From Candidatus Poribacteria bacterium (GTDB taxonomy: Bacteria > Poribacteria > WGA-4E > JAJDTR01): a DNA stretch of 64,000 bases. Positions 1-9,621 of the stretch are shown here, piece by piece. The number at the start of each line of letters is the position of its first letter. The stretch's first letter is position 1. The notes under the pieces are model-generated. The model was given only the letters and a program-made list of their open reading frames with translations, was not told where the DNA came from and searched no databases. The DNA lies in NCBI GenBank assembly GCA_965222225.1, contig CBDCTK010000002.1, positions 2,688,001 through 2,752,000 of the forward strand, given 5' to 3'. Made by a program: the position numbers and the translations under genes.

Positions 1-581
1 GCGATCATAGGATCGGCGTGGCACTACCCCCAAAACCCAGCGAAGTTGAGATTAAACCCTTGCGCGCGGGCGACCACTCCCGGCCACGTGTAGGACGGCG
101 AACCGGCGGTGCGGCAATGGCTGATAGAACTGCCGTAGGCGATCCATTTTAGGCGCTTGTCTTCGCTCTTTCCGATGGCGGCACCTTCCGATACCTCTAT
201 GCTGCGTAGCGCCACGGGCATGGCCGGGGAGAGCCACAGTTCCACGGTCTTATCTCCCGCCGGCAAACTGTCAAAACGCACCTCGGTCTGGCCGGTGGCA
301 TAAGCAACCGTCTCGACTAATTCATCGTCGGCGTAAAGATCGAAGTTGCCCTCTTCCGCCAACGGTTCGGTGTGGAAAGCCAGCGTTCGTGCGTCGGTGG
401 CAAAGCGCAGTCGCACACCTGACGGCATTTCGGCACGATCGGACAAGCCGTTGTTGCCGGGGGAATAGAGATCCTGATCCTGGTGCGGAATGCGCCAGGG
501 CTTGACCCAGCCGGCTCCGCTTTCACAGGATATGGCACCACTCCAAATCAGGCGAGGGTCGTCGGCAGCTATGCGGGACAT
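1..581 (-). pseudogene. SGNH/GDSL-family hydrolase, disrupted near the window edge
   Basis: Likely ATG at 581 (MSRIAADD). It has a WIAYGSSISH...TWPGVVAR block-I motif. The expected LTSLGFGGQCHADPMI is broken by two compensating indels giving TAG at 24-26; CHADPMI continues in frame to the edge. Confidence 0.6.
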
Positions 582-639
582 GGGAACTCTACCACATACG
601 CCATTCCTTCTCTTAATTCCACGCTGGGGCTTACAAGGC

Positions 640-661
640 TGGTGCGCGGTGCGCACCCTAC
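640..661 (-). repeat. GTAG-type REP-like hairpin (GTAGGGTGCGCACCGCGCACCA)
   Basis: GTAG tetranucleotide followed by an imperfect palindrome. Related copies at 3665-3686, ~46490-46509 and ~56099-56116. Confidence 0.6.
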
Positions 662-673
662 AGAGTTGTGAAA

Positions 674-703
674 GAAACCGAGTTTTGGAAAAAACTCGGT
701 TTC
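674..703. repeat. Dispersed palindrome GAAACCGAGTTTT-n-AAAACTCGGTTTC (REP/terminator-like)
   Basis: 13-bp inverted repeat. Further copies at 5830-5859 (degenerate), 14937-14968, 16120-16221 (interrupted) and 61718-61750. Confidence 0.75.
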
Positions 704-722
704 TTCATTGTCAGTACATTAT

Positions 723-3581
723 TTAAAAATTCTGTGTCACGCGGAGGATTGACAAACGACCGATCTCCGGGACACCGACAAACTCCTGATGCTCGTTGTT
801 CAGGAGGTTTTGGATTGTCAGTGACAGGCGGGTGTTGGGCGAGAACGGCAGATCGTAGCCGGCGCTCACGTCAATCGTCGTGTACCGCTCAACGGTGCCG
901 TGGTAGACGCCGGAGTTGACCGGGAAGCCATCCACAAAGCGCATCCGCAATTGCGCCGCCAAATTGCTCAAACCGGCGTTCAGATATTCAACACTCACGC
1001 CGAATTTATTGCTGGGCGCGTTCAGCGCAACGTCGCGTAGGTTATCGACGTTCTCGAACAGGTTTTTGCTAACATAGGAGTAGTTCCCGCCGATGTTCCA
1101 GTTTTCGTTGAGGAAGTAGGCAAATTTGAAGTCCGCCCCGTTCAACGAGATGTCGCCGAAGTTACGGTAGGTTGCCGTTACGGCTACGGGGTCGTTAGCC
1201 TCTTTCGGGGAGACCGTGCCGAACGGTATTCCGGCTCCATTCGTGACGAAGAGTGCGGTCAATTCGTCGGCTGCGGAGCCGTTGCCGTTGCCGCCGGCTT
1301 GCGGGGAATCCAACAACGCGACCAAGGCACCGTTCAAAATAGCATTCTGCGGATTATCCAGCGCAGCCCCAAACTGCCTGCCCAAGAACGCGCCCAGCGT
1401 AGTGGGATCGAGGAACACATTCGGCGTCTCCGGGGTTACGGGTCCCACGAAGTCTCTAATCTTTGTATGGTAGGCGTCAACACCGATTAACAGTTTGTTG
1501 AACAGGGTTCCCTTGTAGCCGAGTTCAATGGTCTGGGTAATCGTCGGTTTCATCGGGTCAACATCGAAGGCATCGTCAACCGGAGTAAAATCGAACGTTT
1601 CCAAATCAAGAGACCGCATCACATTCTTGACATCGGTGACCTGCCGCGGCACGAGGGCATCGAACGCCTGAGATAGCGCTTGAATCTGAGCCGCCGGCAA
1701 GCCCTGCGCGGTCAATGCTGTGGTCGCTGTGGCGATCAACTCCGTCATCACCGCGCCGCGCGCGACCGTCCACATCACATTCGTGAATATCGGGTCGTCC
1801 AGGTCGATATAATCGTTTGGCGTGCGTTGGGCGAGCGGCGCAAACGGGGATCTAAACTGCGGACGACCATCCGCGCTGCGGCTGAAATGAAAACCTTCGA
1901 GACCGACGCCTTGCGCGCGGATATCAATGGCAGGACTGAAGGGGAGCACACCTTTGAATGCCGCTCCCAATCCGAACCCGTCTTCTGCCGCTCGAATATC
2001 AAGGAAAAGATTATTCGTGGTCGGCGTGGAGAAAGCGCGGTTGTAGGTGGCACGCAAGTTGTGCTCCGGAGTCGGCTTGAAAACCAACGCGGCACGCGGC
2101 GAGAAAACCGGGTCTTCGAGGCGGTTGTGGTTGTCCAATCGAGCCGCCGCGATAAACCTGAGTTGGTCTGTCAATTCGGTTTCCGATTGCAGATATAGAC
2201 CGATTTCATTGATTCCATCGTCGTCTTCATTGGCGCCGGTGATTGTCCCTTCCGTATCGGGACGGGTCAGTAACATGTCAACGCCGTAGGTTAAGCGTTC
2301 CCTAGCCCCCAACGAAAGCCCGTGTTGTAGCTGTGTGACGAACAAGCTTGATTTGTCGATTATATACGCCCCGTCCCGCAGCAGGAAGGTATCGCCGGCG
2401 TCGTTCGTATTCCAGAACGCCTGAGCGAAAAAGTCTTTGTAGAGCGCCCGAGCTTGCACGTAGCTGTAAGTCCAGTTATCGGCTTGACCCGCGCCTAAGC
2501 CGGTGAGTTCGATGTTGCTTGCTTGCGTGTAGCCGCCGTTAAAGATAGTCGTCAAGTCTTCGTTGACGCGGTAATCAACGCGGGCTTCACCTGCAATTTG
2601 TTGTATGTCGAAGTCCCGCGCGCCAATCTTTATCTCCTCTTCGGGCACACCTGCGTCAATCCTTTGCTGGCGCAGCTCTTCCTCAACAGGATCCGTAGAA
2701 TTCCAATCTTCGCCCTGCGTGTATCTCCCGGTAAGTTTGTATCCAATTTTATTGTTGAAACTGCCAGCGTGTCGGTAAGACCCCATCAACACGCCGCGTT
2801 CACCGGCGCCAAGGCTCACTCGCGTTCCTTCCGACCCAAACGGCGGTTTGGTGATTATATGAACCACACCGTTTGCGCTGTTGGGACCGTACAGCGCCGA
2901 GCCGGGTCCCGAGACCACTTCAACCTGCTCAATGTCATTTTGGGGCGTGGGGATAAAGTTGTAAGCGTTCACCCGCAAAGAGGGAACCCTTGCGATCCGA
3001 TTGTCAACGAGCGATAGCAGCGAGCCGGAGAAAACATTGCTGAATCCCCTTACCGTCACGTTGGATTGAGTAATTCCCGTGTTGAAAACATCTACCGCGG
3101 GAAGTGATTTGAAGTGTTCGGTCGTGGTTACGGCGACACGTGAATCTATTTGGGTATCATCCAGGACCGAAATAGCGGCTGGCGCATCAAGCACCTTTTC
3201 TTGGCGCCGTGAGGTTGTGACGGAAACTTGGTCGAGTTGGATGACTCTTGAGAATAGGGCGATTTCCGCCCACTTTGCCTCGTCGCTTTGAAGTTCAATG
3301 TTTGACACAACTTTATCCGCGTAACTCAGGGATGAGGCGCTAATGGAGTAGATGCCGGCGGGCAGATCCGCGAATTGAGAGGCGCCCATCGCGTCGCTTG
3401 TTCCCTCTTGCGAGTCGCCGGTTTGAGGGATGACGGTGATTGAGATTCTGTCGAGTTTCTCGCCGCTTTGGGCATCGGTGACCGTTACGTTCAAGGTCGC
3501 GGCGTGTGCCGTCGCCGAGGTCAGCGCCAAAACAGCGAAAATGGCAAATAAAATGCCACTCCGAATATTTAACTGGTTCAT
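723..3581 (-). CDS. TonB-dependent outer-membrane receptor with N-terminal carboxypeptidase-regulatory-like domain
   Basis: AAGGAG RBS before ATG 3581, signal peptide, plug motif IEQVEVVSGPGSALYGPNSANGVVHIITK, and C-terminal Phe. Confidence 0.92.
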   Translation of the reverse strand: MNQLNIRSGILFAIFAVLALTSATAHAATLNVTVTDAQSGEKLDRISITVIPQTGDSQEGTSDAMGASQFADLPAGIYSISASSLSYADKVVSNIELQSDEAKWAEIALFSRVIQLDQVSVTTSRRQEKVLDAPAAISVLDDTQIDSRVAVTTTEHFKSLPAVDVFNTGITQSNVTVRGFSNVFSGSLLSLVDNRIARVPSLRVNAYNFIPTPQNDIEQVEVVSGPGSALYGPNSANGVVHIITKPPFGSEGTRVSLGAGERGVLMGSYRHAGSFNNKIGYKLTGRYTQGEDWNSTDPVEEELRQQRIDAGVPEEEIKIGARDFDIQQIAGEARVDYRVNEDLTTIFNGGYTQASNIELTGLGAGQADNWTYSYVQARALYKDFFAQAFWNTNDAGDTFLLRDGAYIIDKSSLFVTQLQHGLSLGARERLTYGVDMLLTRPDTEGTITGANEDDDGINEIGLYLQSETELTDQLRFIAAARLDNHNRLEDPVFSPRAALVFKPTPEHNLRATYNRAFSTPTTNNLFLDIRAAEDGFGLGAAFKGVLPFSPAIDIRAQGVGLEGFHFSRSADGRPQFRSPFAPLAQRTPNDYIDLDDPIFTNVMWTVARGAVMTELIATATTALTAQGLPAAQIQALSQAFDALVPRQVTDVKNVMRSLDLETFDFTPVDDAFDVDPMKPTITQTIELGYKGTLFNKLLIGVDAYHTKIRDFVGPVTPETPNVFLDPTTLGAFLGRQFGAALDNPQNAILNGALVALLDSPQAGGNGNGSAADELTALFVTNGAGIPFGTVSPKEANDPVAVTATYRNFGDISLNGADFKFAYFLNENWNIGGNYSYVSKNLFENVDNLRDVALNAPSNKFGVSVEYLNAGLSNLAAQLRMRFVDGFPVNSGVYHGTVERYTTIDVSAGYDLPFSPNTRLSLTIQNLLNNEHQEFVGVPEIGRLSILRVTQNF

Positions 3582-3739
3582 TGTATTTTCTCCTTTATTG
3601 AGGATATATCGTTGTTGGTCCCCGTCTTGGGGACGGGCACCGAGGGAATCGAAAGGTTCAAAAATGGTGGGCGGTGCCCACCCTACAATTCTTTTCGAAT
3701 ACGGATTCTGCGGAAGTTGTTGGTAAGTTCTGCTCAATC

Positions 3740-4093
3740 TTAGGAAGGGTTAATCATATAGTCGATACTGAACCATAGGCTACGAGAATAACGGAAGAAG
3801 AGGGCAGGGAAGAGACCGCTGAAAACAATCCACAAAATGAAGTTTTGGAGAAAAGAGATGGGAGTCAGGTAATCCAACGCGAAATAGCCGCCAAATGCGA
3901 TAACGACGGTGGCGCCGTAATTGACGTACATTGCGCCGACAAAGTAGCCGGGTTCGCGCTCAAATTTGAAGCGGCAGTTGGAGCAATCTAGGTTCATTTT
4001 GAACATGCCGGCGCAAATATCACCTTTGCCACATCGCGGGCACTTTAGGCGCAAGCCCTGCATAAGAATTCGACGTTTGCTGAGTTTCGGCAT
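3740..4093 (-). CDS. DUF983-like small membrane protein
   Basis: CPRCGKG...CSNC zinc-ribbon followed by two hydrophobic helices. Confidence 0.75.
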   Translation of the reverse strand: MPKLSKRRILMQGLRLKCPRCGKGDICAGMFKMNLDCSNCRFKFEREPGYFVGAMYVNYGATVVIAFGGYFALDYLTPISFLQNFILWIVFSGLFPALFFRYSRSLWFSIDYMINPS

Positions 4094-4207
4094 CTCGTAT
4101 TCTCGATCCCTGAACCCGGGACTTCAAAATGCGCAGACACGCATTATATAACAAGATTCTAGCATAGCTAACGAGTCGTGTCAACGATGTTTTGGATTTT
4201 GGACGGC

Positions 4208-4621
4208 GATCAAGCGACTGAATAAGGAGTGCGATAGTAAATCCCTCAAGCGACTGATTAGGGAGCGATCAAAGGAATGAATAATGACTGCGATAGAGTT
4301 CCCATGGTAAATCCCTCAAGCGACCAATCAACTGAACGAATAGCGAATGCGATAGCAACTCTTACAAGTCGGGAATCGGAACGGATCTCTATCGCCCTGA
4401 GAGATCTATCGCATTCGCTCATTTGATTTATGCGGTCGGTTGATCGGTTTCTTCGTTGGATCTTCGTGGATTCTGTAGGAGCGATCTCCGAATCGCGAAC
4501 ATCACCGAATTGCGCCGAATTGGGAATCGGAACGAATCTCTATCGCAGTCGCTGTCCGCTCCCTTGATCCCTCACTATCCGATCGGTTGATCGTTATCCA
4601 CTCGATTGATCTCATTTGATC
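4208..4621. repeat. Cluster of ~37-nt GA-mismatch hairpin micro-elements (both orientations) mixed with REP-like hairpins
   Basis: For example GATCAAgcgactgaataaggagtGCGATAGtaaatccc at 4208; nested and truncated copies; REP GTAGGAGCGATCTCCGAATCGCGA at 4475. Confidence 0.85.
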
Positions 4622-4805
4622 GTTCAACCCAACCTACATGGCTGCCCTTTCGCTTGACGGGGAGATCCACCGCTCATAGAATAGACGTCATCCTTCCCGA
4701 GCTAACCCAATGCTTAGAAAGGAGAGCGGAAGATACCTCAACGACGAGCAGACGATAAGCAGACTTAACGACAATGGCTAGTTCTGAATGAGGGGGGCAC
4801 ACCAA

Positions 4806-5777
4806 ATGTCTAGCAAGATGCGAAGGATTCGCTGGATTGACGAGCAGATCCGAGCGAACCGATATCCAAACGCTCATAAAGTCAAGGAGAAGTTTGAACT
4901 CCGCAGCACTCGGATCGTCTACGAAGACAGGAGCTATATGGTAAATGAACTTCATGCGCCTATCAAATATAGCAGAAACAAAGAGGGATGGTATTACACG
5001 GTCCCAACCTATTTTCTTCCGGCAATAATGCTGAAGAGGGAGGAGGTCGCCGCTTTTTTCTTGGGAGAGGAGTTATTCAAGCGCTATCTGGGCACCCCCT
5101 TTGAGACGCCGCTCCGGCTCGCACTCGAAAAGATAACACAGCATTTGCCGGAGCATGTAGGCGACGCCGCGCAACGGGACAATTCCGCGTTTGCTTTCAC
5201 GGGCGGCAGCAGAGCGATAATCGATCCTGAACTATTGATAGAACTCAACGAGGCTATCCTTTCAAAACGTTCGGTTGAAATGGAGTATTATTCGGCAAGC
5301 AGCGGTCAAACGAACACGCGCACGGTTGATCCGTATCACCTCCATAACATTCACGGCGACTGGTATCTAATCGCCTATTGCCACACACGACGCGAGCCTC
5401 GCGATTTTCTTATCAGCCGCATCAGATCGCATAAACGCCTACTATCTACGTTCCAGATACTCCCGAGTTTTTCTCTTGATGGCTACTTGGCTAAAGGATT
5501 CCTCGCCGAGCGGGCGGTAGAGCCCGATGATGTTGTGATAAAGTTTGACGAGTATCAGGCGCGTTGGATAAGGGAACGGCTATGGCACTCAAGTCAGCAG
5601 GTGGAGGAGTTGCCGTCCGGTGGATTGATATTTCGCCTGAGAGTCGGTGGATTGGGCGAAGTAAAGCGGTGGGTCATGGGATATGGAACGCATGCGGAAG
5701 TTCTTGAGCCTGAAAGCCTTCGCCGTGAAATCGGGGACGAAGTGAAAAAAATGGCGGAAATCTACGATAAAAAGTAG
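4806..5777 (+). CDS. WYL-domain transcriptional regulator (HTH-WYL-WCX)
   Basis: N-terminal HTH, RTVDPYHL...WYLIAYCH...RDFLISRI, C-terminal WVMGYG..AEVLEPESLR; lies directly upstream of the cas operon. Confidence 0.93.
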   Translation: MSSKMRRIRWIDEQIRANRYPNAHKVKEKFELRSTRIVYEDRSYMVNELHAPIKYSRNKEGWYYTVPTYFLPAIMLKREEVAAFFLGEELFKRYLGTPFETPLRLALEKITQHLPEHVGDAAQRDNSAFAFTGGSRAIIDPELLIELNEAILSKRSVEMEYYSASSGQTNTRTVDPYHLHNIHGDWYLIAYCHTRREPRDFLISRIRSHKRLLSTFQILPSFSLDGYLAKGFLAERAVEPDDVVIKFDEYQARWIRERLWHSSQQVEELPSGGLIFRLRVGGLGEVKRWVMGYGTHAEVLEPESLRREIGDEVKKMAEIYDKK

Positions 5778-6040
5778 AGTGCGTATATATTGCACTCTGG
5801 GATGGTATAATAGCGGGAGATTGAGTCAAGAAACGAGTTTTTTGGAAGACCTCGGTTTCTTCGGTATTCGCTTGTCTGTTTCTCGGTAAAATTGTATCGG
5901 TGGAGAGTTGGATTTCGGATATATGAAGCAAAACGAGAACCTCGAATGCAATCCGAATTCTAGGCTTTATTCGTAATTTTCAGTTCAACCCAACCTACGG
6001 CATGATGCAGTTTTTCTTATTATTTCACTTCACACGGATA

Positions 6041-6180
6041 GCGATCAGGATTTACTATGGGAGTTCTATCAAGACTTTCTATCGGGATTTACTATCGCAC
6101 TCATTAGCCATTCGCTTGATCCCTCATTATCCACTCGGTTGAGGGATTTGCTATCGCGCTCCCTATCCGGTCGCTTGATC
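6041..6180 (-). repeat. Cluster of hairpin micro-elements upstream of cas6
   Basis: Three reverse-oriented units (CTATCGC-N17-TTGATC or truncated) plus orphan tails. Confidence 0.85.
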
Positions 6181-6225
6181 GCGGATGAAAAGCAGGCAAT
6201 TTGATTTTCGATCGAGGATAAAATA

Positions 6226-7164
6226 ATGACACAACTTCAAAACTTTCGACTGGCGCGCTACCGACTGACGCTGACGGCGTTGTCAACGATTACGATGCCG
6301 CCTTACGCCGGCTCGACGCTGCGGGGCGGGTTCGGTCATGCCTTCCGAAAGATGGTGTGCACTCAGGGACCAATCGACTGCCGGGACTGCACGCTCAACG
6401 CGGTCTGCCCCTATCCGTACATCTTCGAGACGGCGCCGTTTGAGGGGGCGCAGCAGTTGCGAACCTACGGCGATGTGCCGAGACCGTTTGTCATTGATCC
6501 GTTGGATACGCGGGGCGAATACCGCAGAGGCGAATCGTTCTCGTTTCAACTCACGCTCATCGGGCGCGCTATCGATTATCTCCCCTATTTTTTGGTTAGC
6601 TTCCGCGAACTGGGGGAAATGGGGATTGGCAAGGGACGCGGGCGATTCCAGTTGGCGCATGTCCGCACGGATGACGGGGAATCAATCTACGACGGCGATA
6701 CGCAGATGGTGCACAATCTCGATAACGCTCGGAGTTTCGACGATATCCAACGGGAAACGGAATCACAAAAGACGGACGAGTTGACGCTGCGGCTGCTCAC
6801 GCCGACACGCATCACGCACGAAGGGGCGCTGACGGATCAACTGCCGTTTCACGTGTTCTGGCGTAGGCTCATCGGACGGATCTCGGCGTTGGCGTATTTC
6901 CACTGCGGCGAATCGTTGGAGATGGATTTCAAGGGGCTAATCGAAAAGGCGACGAGTGTCGAGATGACGGATTCGACGCTGCGCTGGAAGGATTGGACGC
7001 GGTATTCGTCTCGGCAGGACCGGAAGATGCAGCTCGGGGGGTTGGTGGGGCACGCCACGTATGCCGGGGATTTGGAGGCGTTCGTTCCGTTCGCGGCGTT
7101 GGGCGCGTATCTGCATGTGGGGAAGAATGCGACGTTTGGGTTGGGGAAGTATAGGGTGGAGTGA
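6226..7164 (+). CDS. cas6: CRISPR pre-crRNA endoribonuclease Cas6
   Basis: GSTLRGGFGHAF, CxxC..C..CPY, and C-terminal G-rich loop HVGKNATFGLG. Confidence 0.92.
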   Translation: MTQLQNFRLARYRLTLTALSTITMPPYAGSTLRGGFGHAFRKMVCTQGPIDCRDCTLNAVCPYPYIFETAPFEGAQQLRTYGDVPRPFVIDPLDTRGEYRRGESFSFQLTLIGRAIDYLPYFLVSFRELGEMGIGKGRGRFQLAHVRTDDGESIYDGDTQMVHNLDNARSFDDIQRETESQKTDELTLRLLTPTRITHEGALTDQLPFHVFWRRLIGRISALAYFHCGESLEMDFKGLIEKATSVEMTDSTLRWKDWTRYSSRQDRKMQLGGLVGHATYAGDLEAFVPFAALGAYLHVGKNATFGLGKYRVE

Positions 7165-7173
7165 GGTTTTGTA

Positions 7174-9615
7174 ATGTCTAATTTTGAGAGAGACGAACAG
7201 TATTGGGATAGCCACTTTAAGAACATGTTTGGCGAAGTATTTGTTCCCTTTGAGTTTCAACGCAAGGTAGCAGAACATCTTCTAAGCGGACGAAATGTGA
7301 TTTTACAAGCCCCAACAGGAGCTGGCAAAACGAAAGCCGCTTTGTTTCCGTACTTGTTGGCTCAACAGGAAAATATACAATTTCCTCGAAAGTTGATTTA
7401 CACTACTCCTATGCGAGTCTTGGCAAAGAACTTTCACACCGATTTCAAAGAATCACCAATAGGGCAACAGACGTGCCTCAAAGCGGAAATCCAGACGGGT
7501 GAAAATCAAGATGACCGTCAATTTCGTAGCGACCTGATTTTCACGACTATCGATCAGGTGTTGAGTAGTTTTCTTAACATCCCGTACGCGCTGGGGTTGC
7601 GTCAAGGTAACGTCAACGCTGGCGCAGTCGTCGGCGCGTATTTAGTTTTTGATGAATTTCACTTATTCGATCCTGATACCTCGTTGGGAACTGTGATTGA
7701 AATCCTGAAGATGCTCAACGGTATCACGCCGTTTTTACTAATGACTGCCACTTTTTCAGAGGTGCTTCTTGAGCGTTTGAGCGAATACTTTAACGCGGAA
7801 ATCGTGCCAGTGACAGAGGCTGAACTTAAACAAATCCCTTCTCAGCAAGGAAAACGCCGTGAGTATCGGGTTAGCGGGGGAACACTTTCGGAGAACGTAG
7901 ACACGATTATTGCGCAACATCAACAACGCAGTATCATTATCTGCAATACGGTGAAACGGGCTCAGAATATGTTTCAATCACTGCAGAGCAGTTCGCAGCG
8001 AGGTACTGATACGGAAGTATTACTTTTACACTCCCGTTTTCTGAAGGAACACCGAAAAGCCAAAGAGGACATGATACGCTGTCGTTTCAAACGAGACGCG
8101 GGACTCGACGATGTAATTTTGGTTGCGACGCAAGTGATTGAAGTTGGGCTAGACATTAGCTGTGAGAATCTGCACACAGAACTGGCTCCCGCAAGCGCAA
8201 TTTTACAGCGCGCGGGGCGGTGCGCGCGGTTTGAAAACGAATCTGGAACAGTGACAATCTATCCTATTCCACCTACGACCAACGGTTCACCAAATTATGC
8301 CCCTTATGATAAAGAAACTTGTGAAGCCACGATGGCGGCATTTCAACACCGAAACGGAGGTGTGCTAGGCTTTGTAGCAGAGCAAGAGGTTGTCAACGAA
8401 GTCCACCGCGAAAGCGATGAAAAAATTTTGGCAGGTATTGAGACACGCCCAATACGCAGTCGTATATCAGAAGCGATTTCTGGACAGGAACTAGGTCTTG
8501 CCCGTGAATTGATTCGCAAGGATGACTCGCGTATGTTGCTCGTACATGATGAACCCGAAACACTTGATAAGCCGTTTCGCGTTGAAGGTTTCAGCCTATA
8601 TCGCGGCACACTGTTTGGAGTGTGGGATGAGCTTCAACAGGCGGCGCAAGAAAAGGAGCTGGGTTGGTCTCTGAAGTATCCTAAGGAAATGGAAGACAAC
8701 TCGCCAAACAGTCGTACTACCATTGCCTATGAGTGGCATGAGGCAAAAGAAAAGAAAGACTTAGGTATTTCTCCACTGTTTGTAGTGCATCCAAAACTGG
8801 TTAAATACAATACCGAGATAGGTTTCTGTCTTGAAGCAGGGACGACACCTTGTCCACTAAGCGTACCTGACGATGAAACCACGCAAGAAGCTGACTGGGG
8901 CAAAGGCTACTATCGCGAGACATACACCGAACATATCCAACACCTGTTGAATGCATATCAATCTGGTCTAGCGACTGAACTAGATTACGCCGCCGCGCGG
9001 CTTGAACAGAAGTTGGAGGCATCTGAAGGCGCCGTCGATCGGGCAGTAAGGCTCTGCATTGCCCTCCATGATGTCGGGAAACTGACGGTTGGTTGGCAAG
9101 AATGGGCGCACAAATGGCAAAAAGAAATTGGTGAACCTGTCGATGAAAATTACATGGCGGCGCATACCGATTATGACCGTAGCAATCTTGCCATACGCGA
9201 AATAGAAAAGCAATTCCGCGTCAAAGTCAAACGGCCAGGACATGCTGTTGAAAGTGTTTGGGCGGTTGCACCACTGCTAGCAAGAGTCTTAGGCAAAGAA
9301 CAGAAAAATTTGGCGGAAGCCTGTTTCACTGCTATTGGACGACACCATGCACCGCGCGCAAAGGACTGTTCACCCTACACCCTGCACCCTTATGCGCCAT
9401 CTGAGATCGAAACGGTTCTAAAGAAGATAGGAAGTTTAGGGCAGGAGACTCAACGACACTTCGAATCCATCTGTAAGCACAAGGAACCTACAAAGCCTTT
9501 TTCCCATTTTGTCCAGCCGTCTAACACGCTTGCACTACTAACCTATTTCCTGATTGTGCGCGCTCTACGGCTTGCTGACCAAGAAGCAACCTCAAAAGTT
9601 AGCAGAAGGGAGTAA
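7174..9615 (+). CDS. cas3: Cas3 helicase with C-terminal HD nuclease domain
   Basis: APTGAGKT, DEFH, TAT, QRAGRCAR helicase motifs; C-terminal EHI...LHDVGK...HH...LADQ HD domain. Confidence 0.93.
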   Translation: MSNFERDEQYWDSHFKNMFGEVFVPFEFQRKVAEHLLSGRNVILQAPTGAGKTKAALFPYLLAQQENIQFPRKLIYTTPMRVLAKNFHTDFKESPIGQQTCLKAEIQTGENQDDRQFRSDLIFTTIDQVLSSFLNIPYALGLRQGNVNAGAVVGAYLVFDEFHLFDPDTSLGTVIEILKMLNGITPFLLMTATFSEVLLERLSEYFNAEIVPVTEAELKQIPSQQGKRREYRVSGGTLSENVDTIIAQHQQRSIIICNTVKRAQNMFQSLQSSSQRGTDTEVLLLHSRFLKEHRKAKEDMIRCRFKRDAGLDDVILVATQVIEVGLDISCENLHTELAPASAILQRAGRCARFENESGTVTIYPIPPTTNGSPNYAPYDKETCEATMAAFQHRNGGVLGFVAEQEVVNEVHRESDEKILAGIETRPIRSRISEAISGQELGLARELIRKDDSRMLLVHDEPETLDKPFRVEGFSLYRGTLFGVWDELQQAAQEKELGWSLKYPKEMEDNSPNSRTTIAYEWHEAKEKKDLGISPLFVVHPKLVKYNTEIGFCLEAGTTPCPLSVPDDETTQEADWGKGYYRETYTEHIQHLLNAYQSGLATELDYAAARLEQKLEASEGAVDRAVRLCIALHDVGKLTVGWQEWAHKWQKEIGEPVDENYMAAHTDYDRSNLAIREIEKQFRVKVKRPGHAVESVWAVAPLLARVLGKEQKNLAEACFTAIGRHHAPRAKDCSPYTLHPYAPSEIETVLKKIGSLGQETQRHFESICKHKEPTKPFSHFVQPSNTLALLTYFLIVRALRLADQEATSKVSRRE

Positions 9616-9621
9616 AAACCG

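Noticed and set aside
24-60. Programmed frameshift or stop readthrough in the SGNH gene
   Set aside because: Two nearby compensating indels are better explained by decay or sequencing error.
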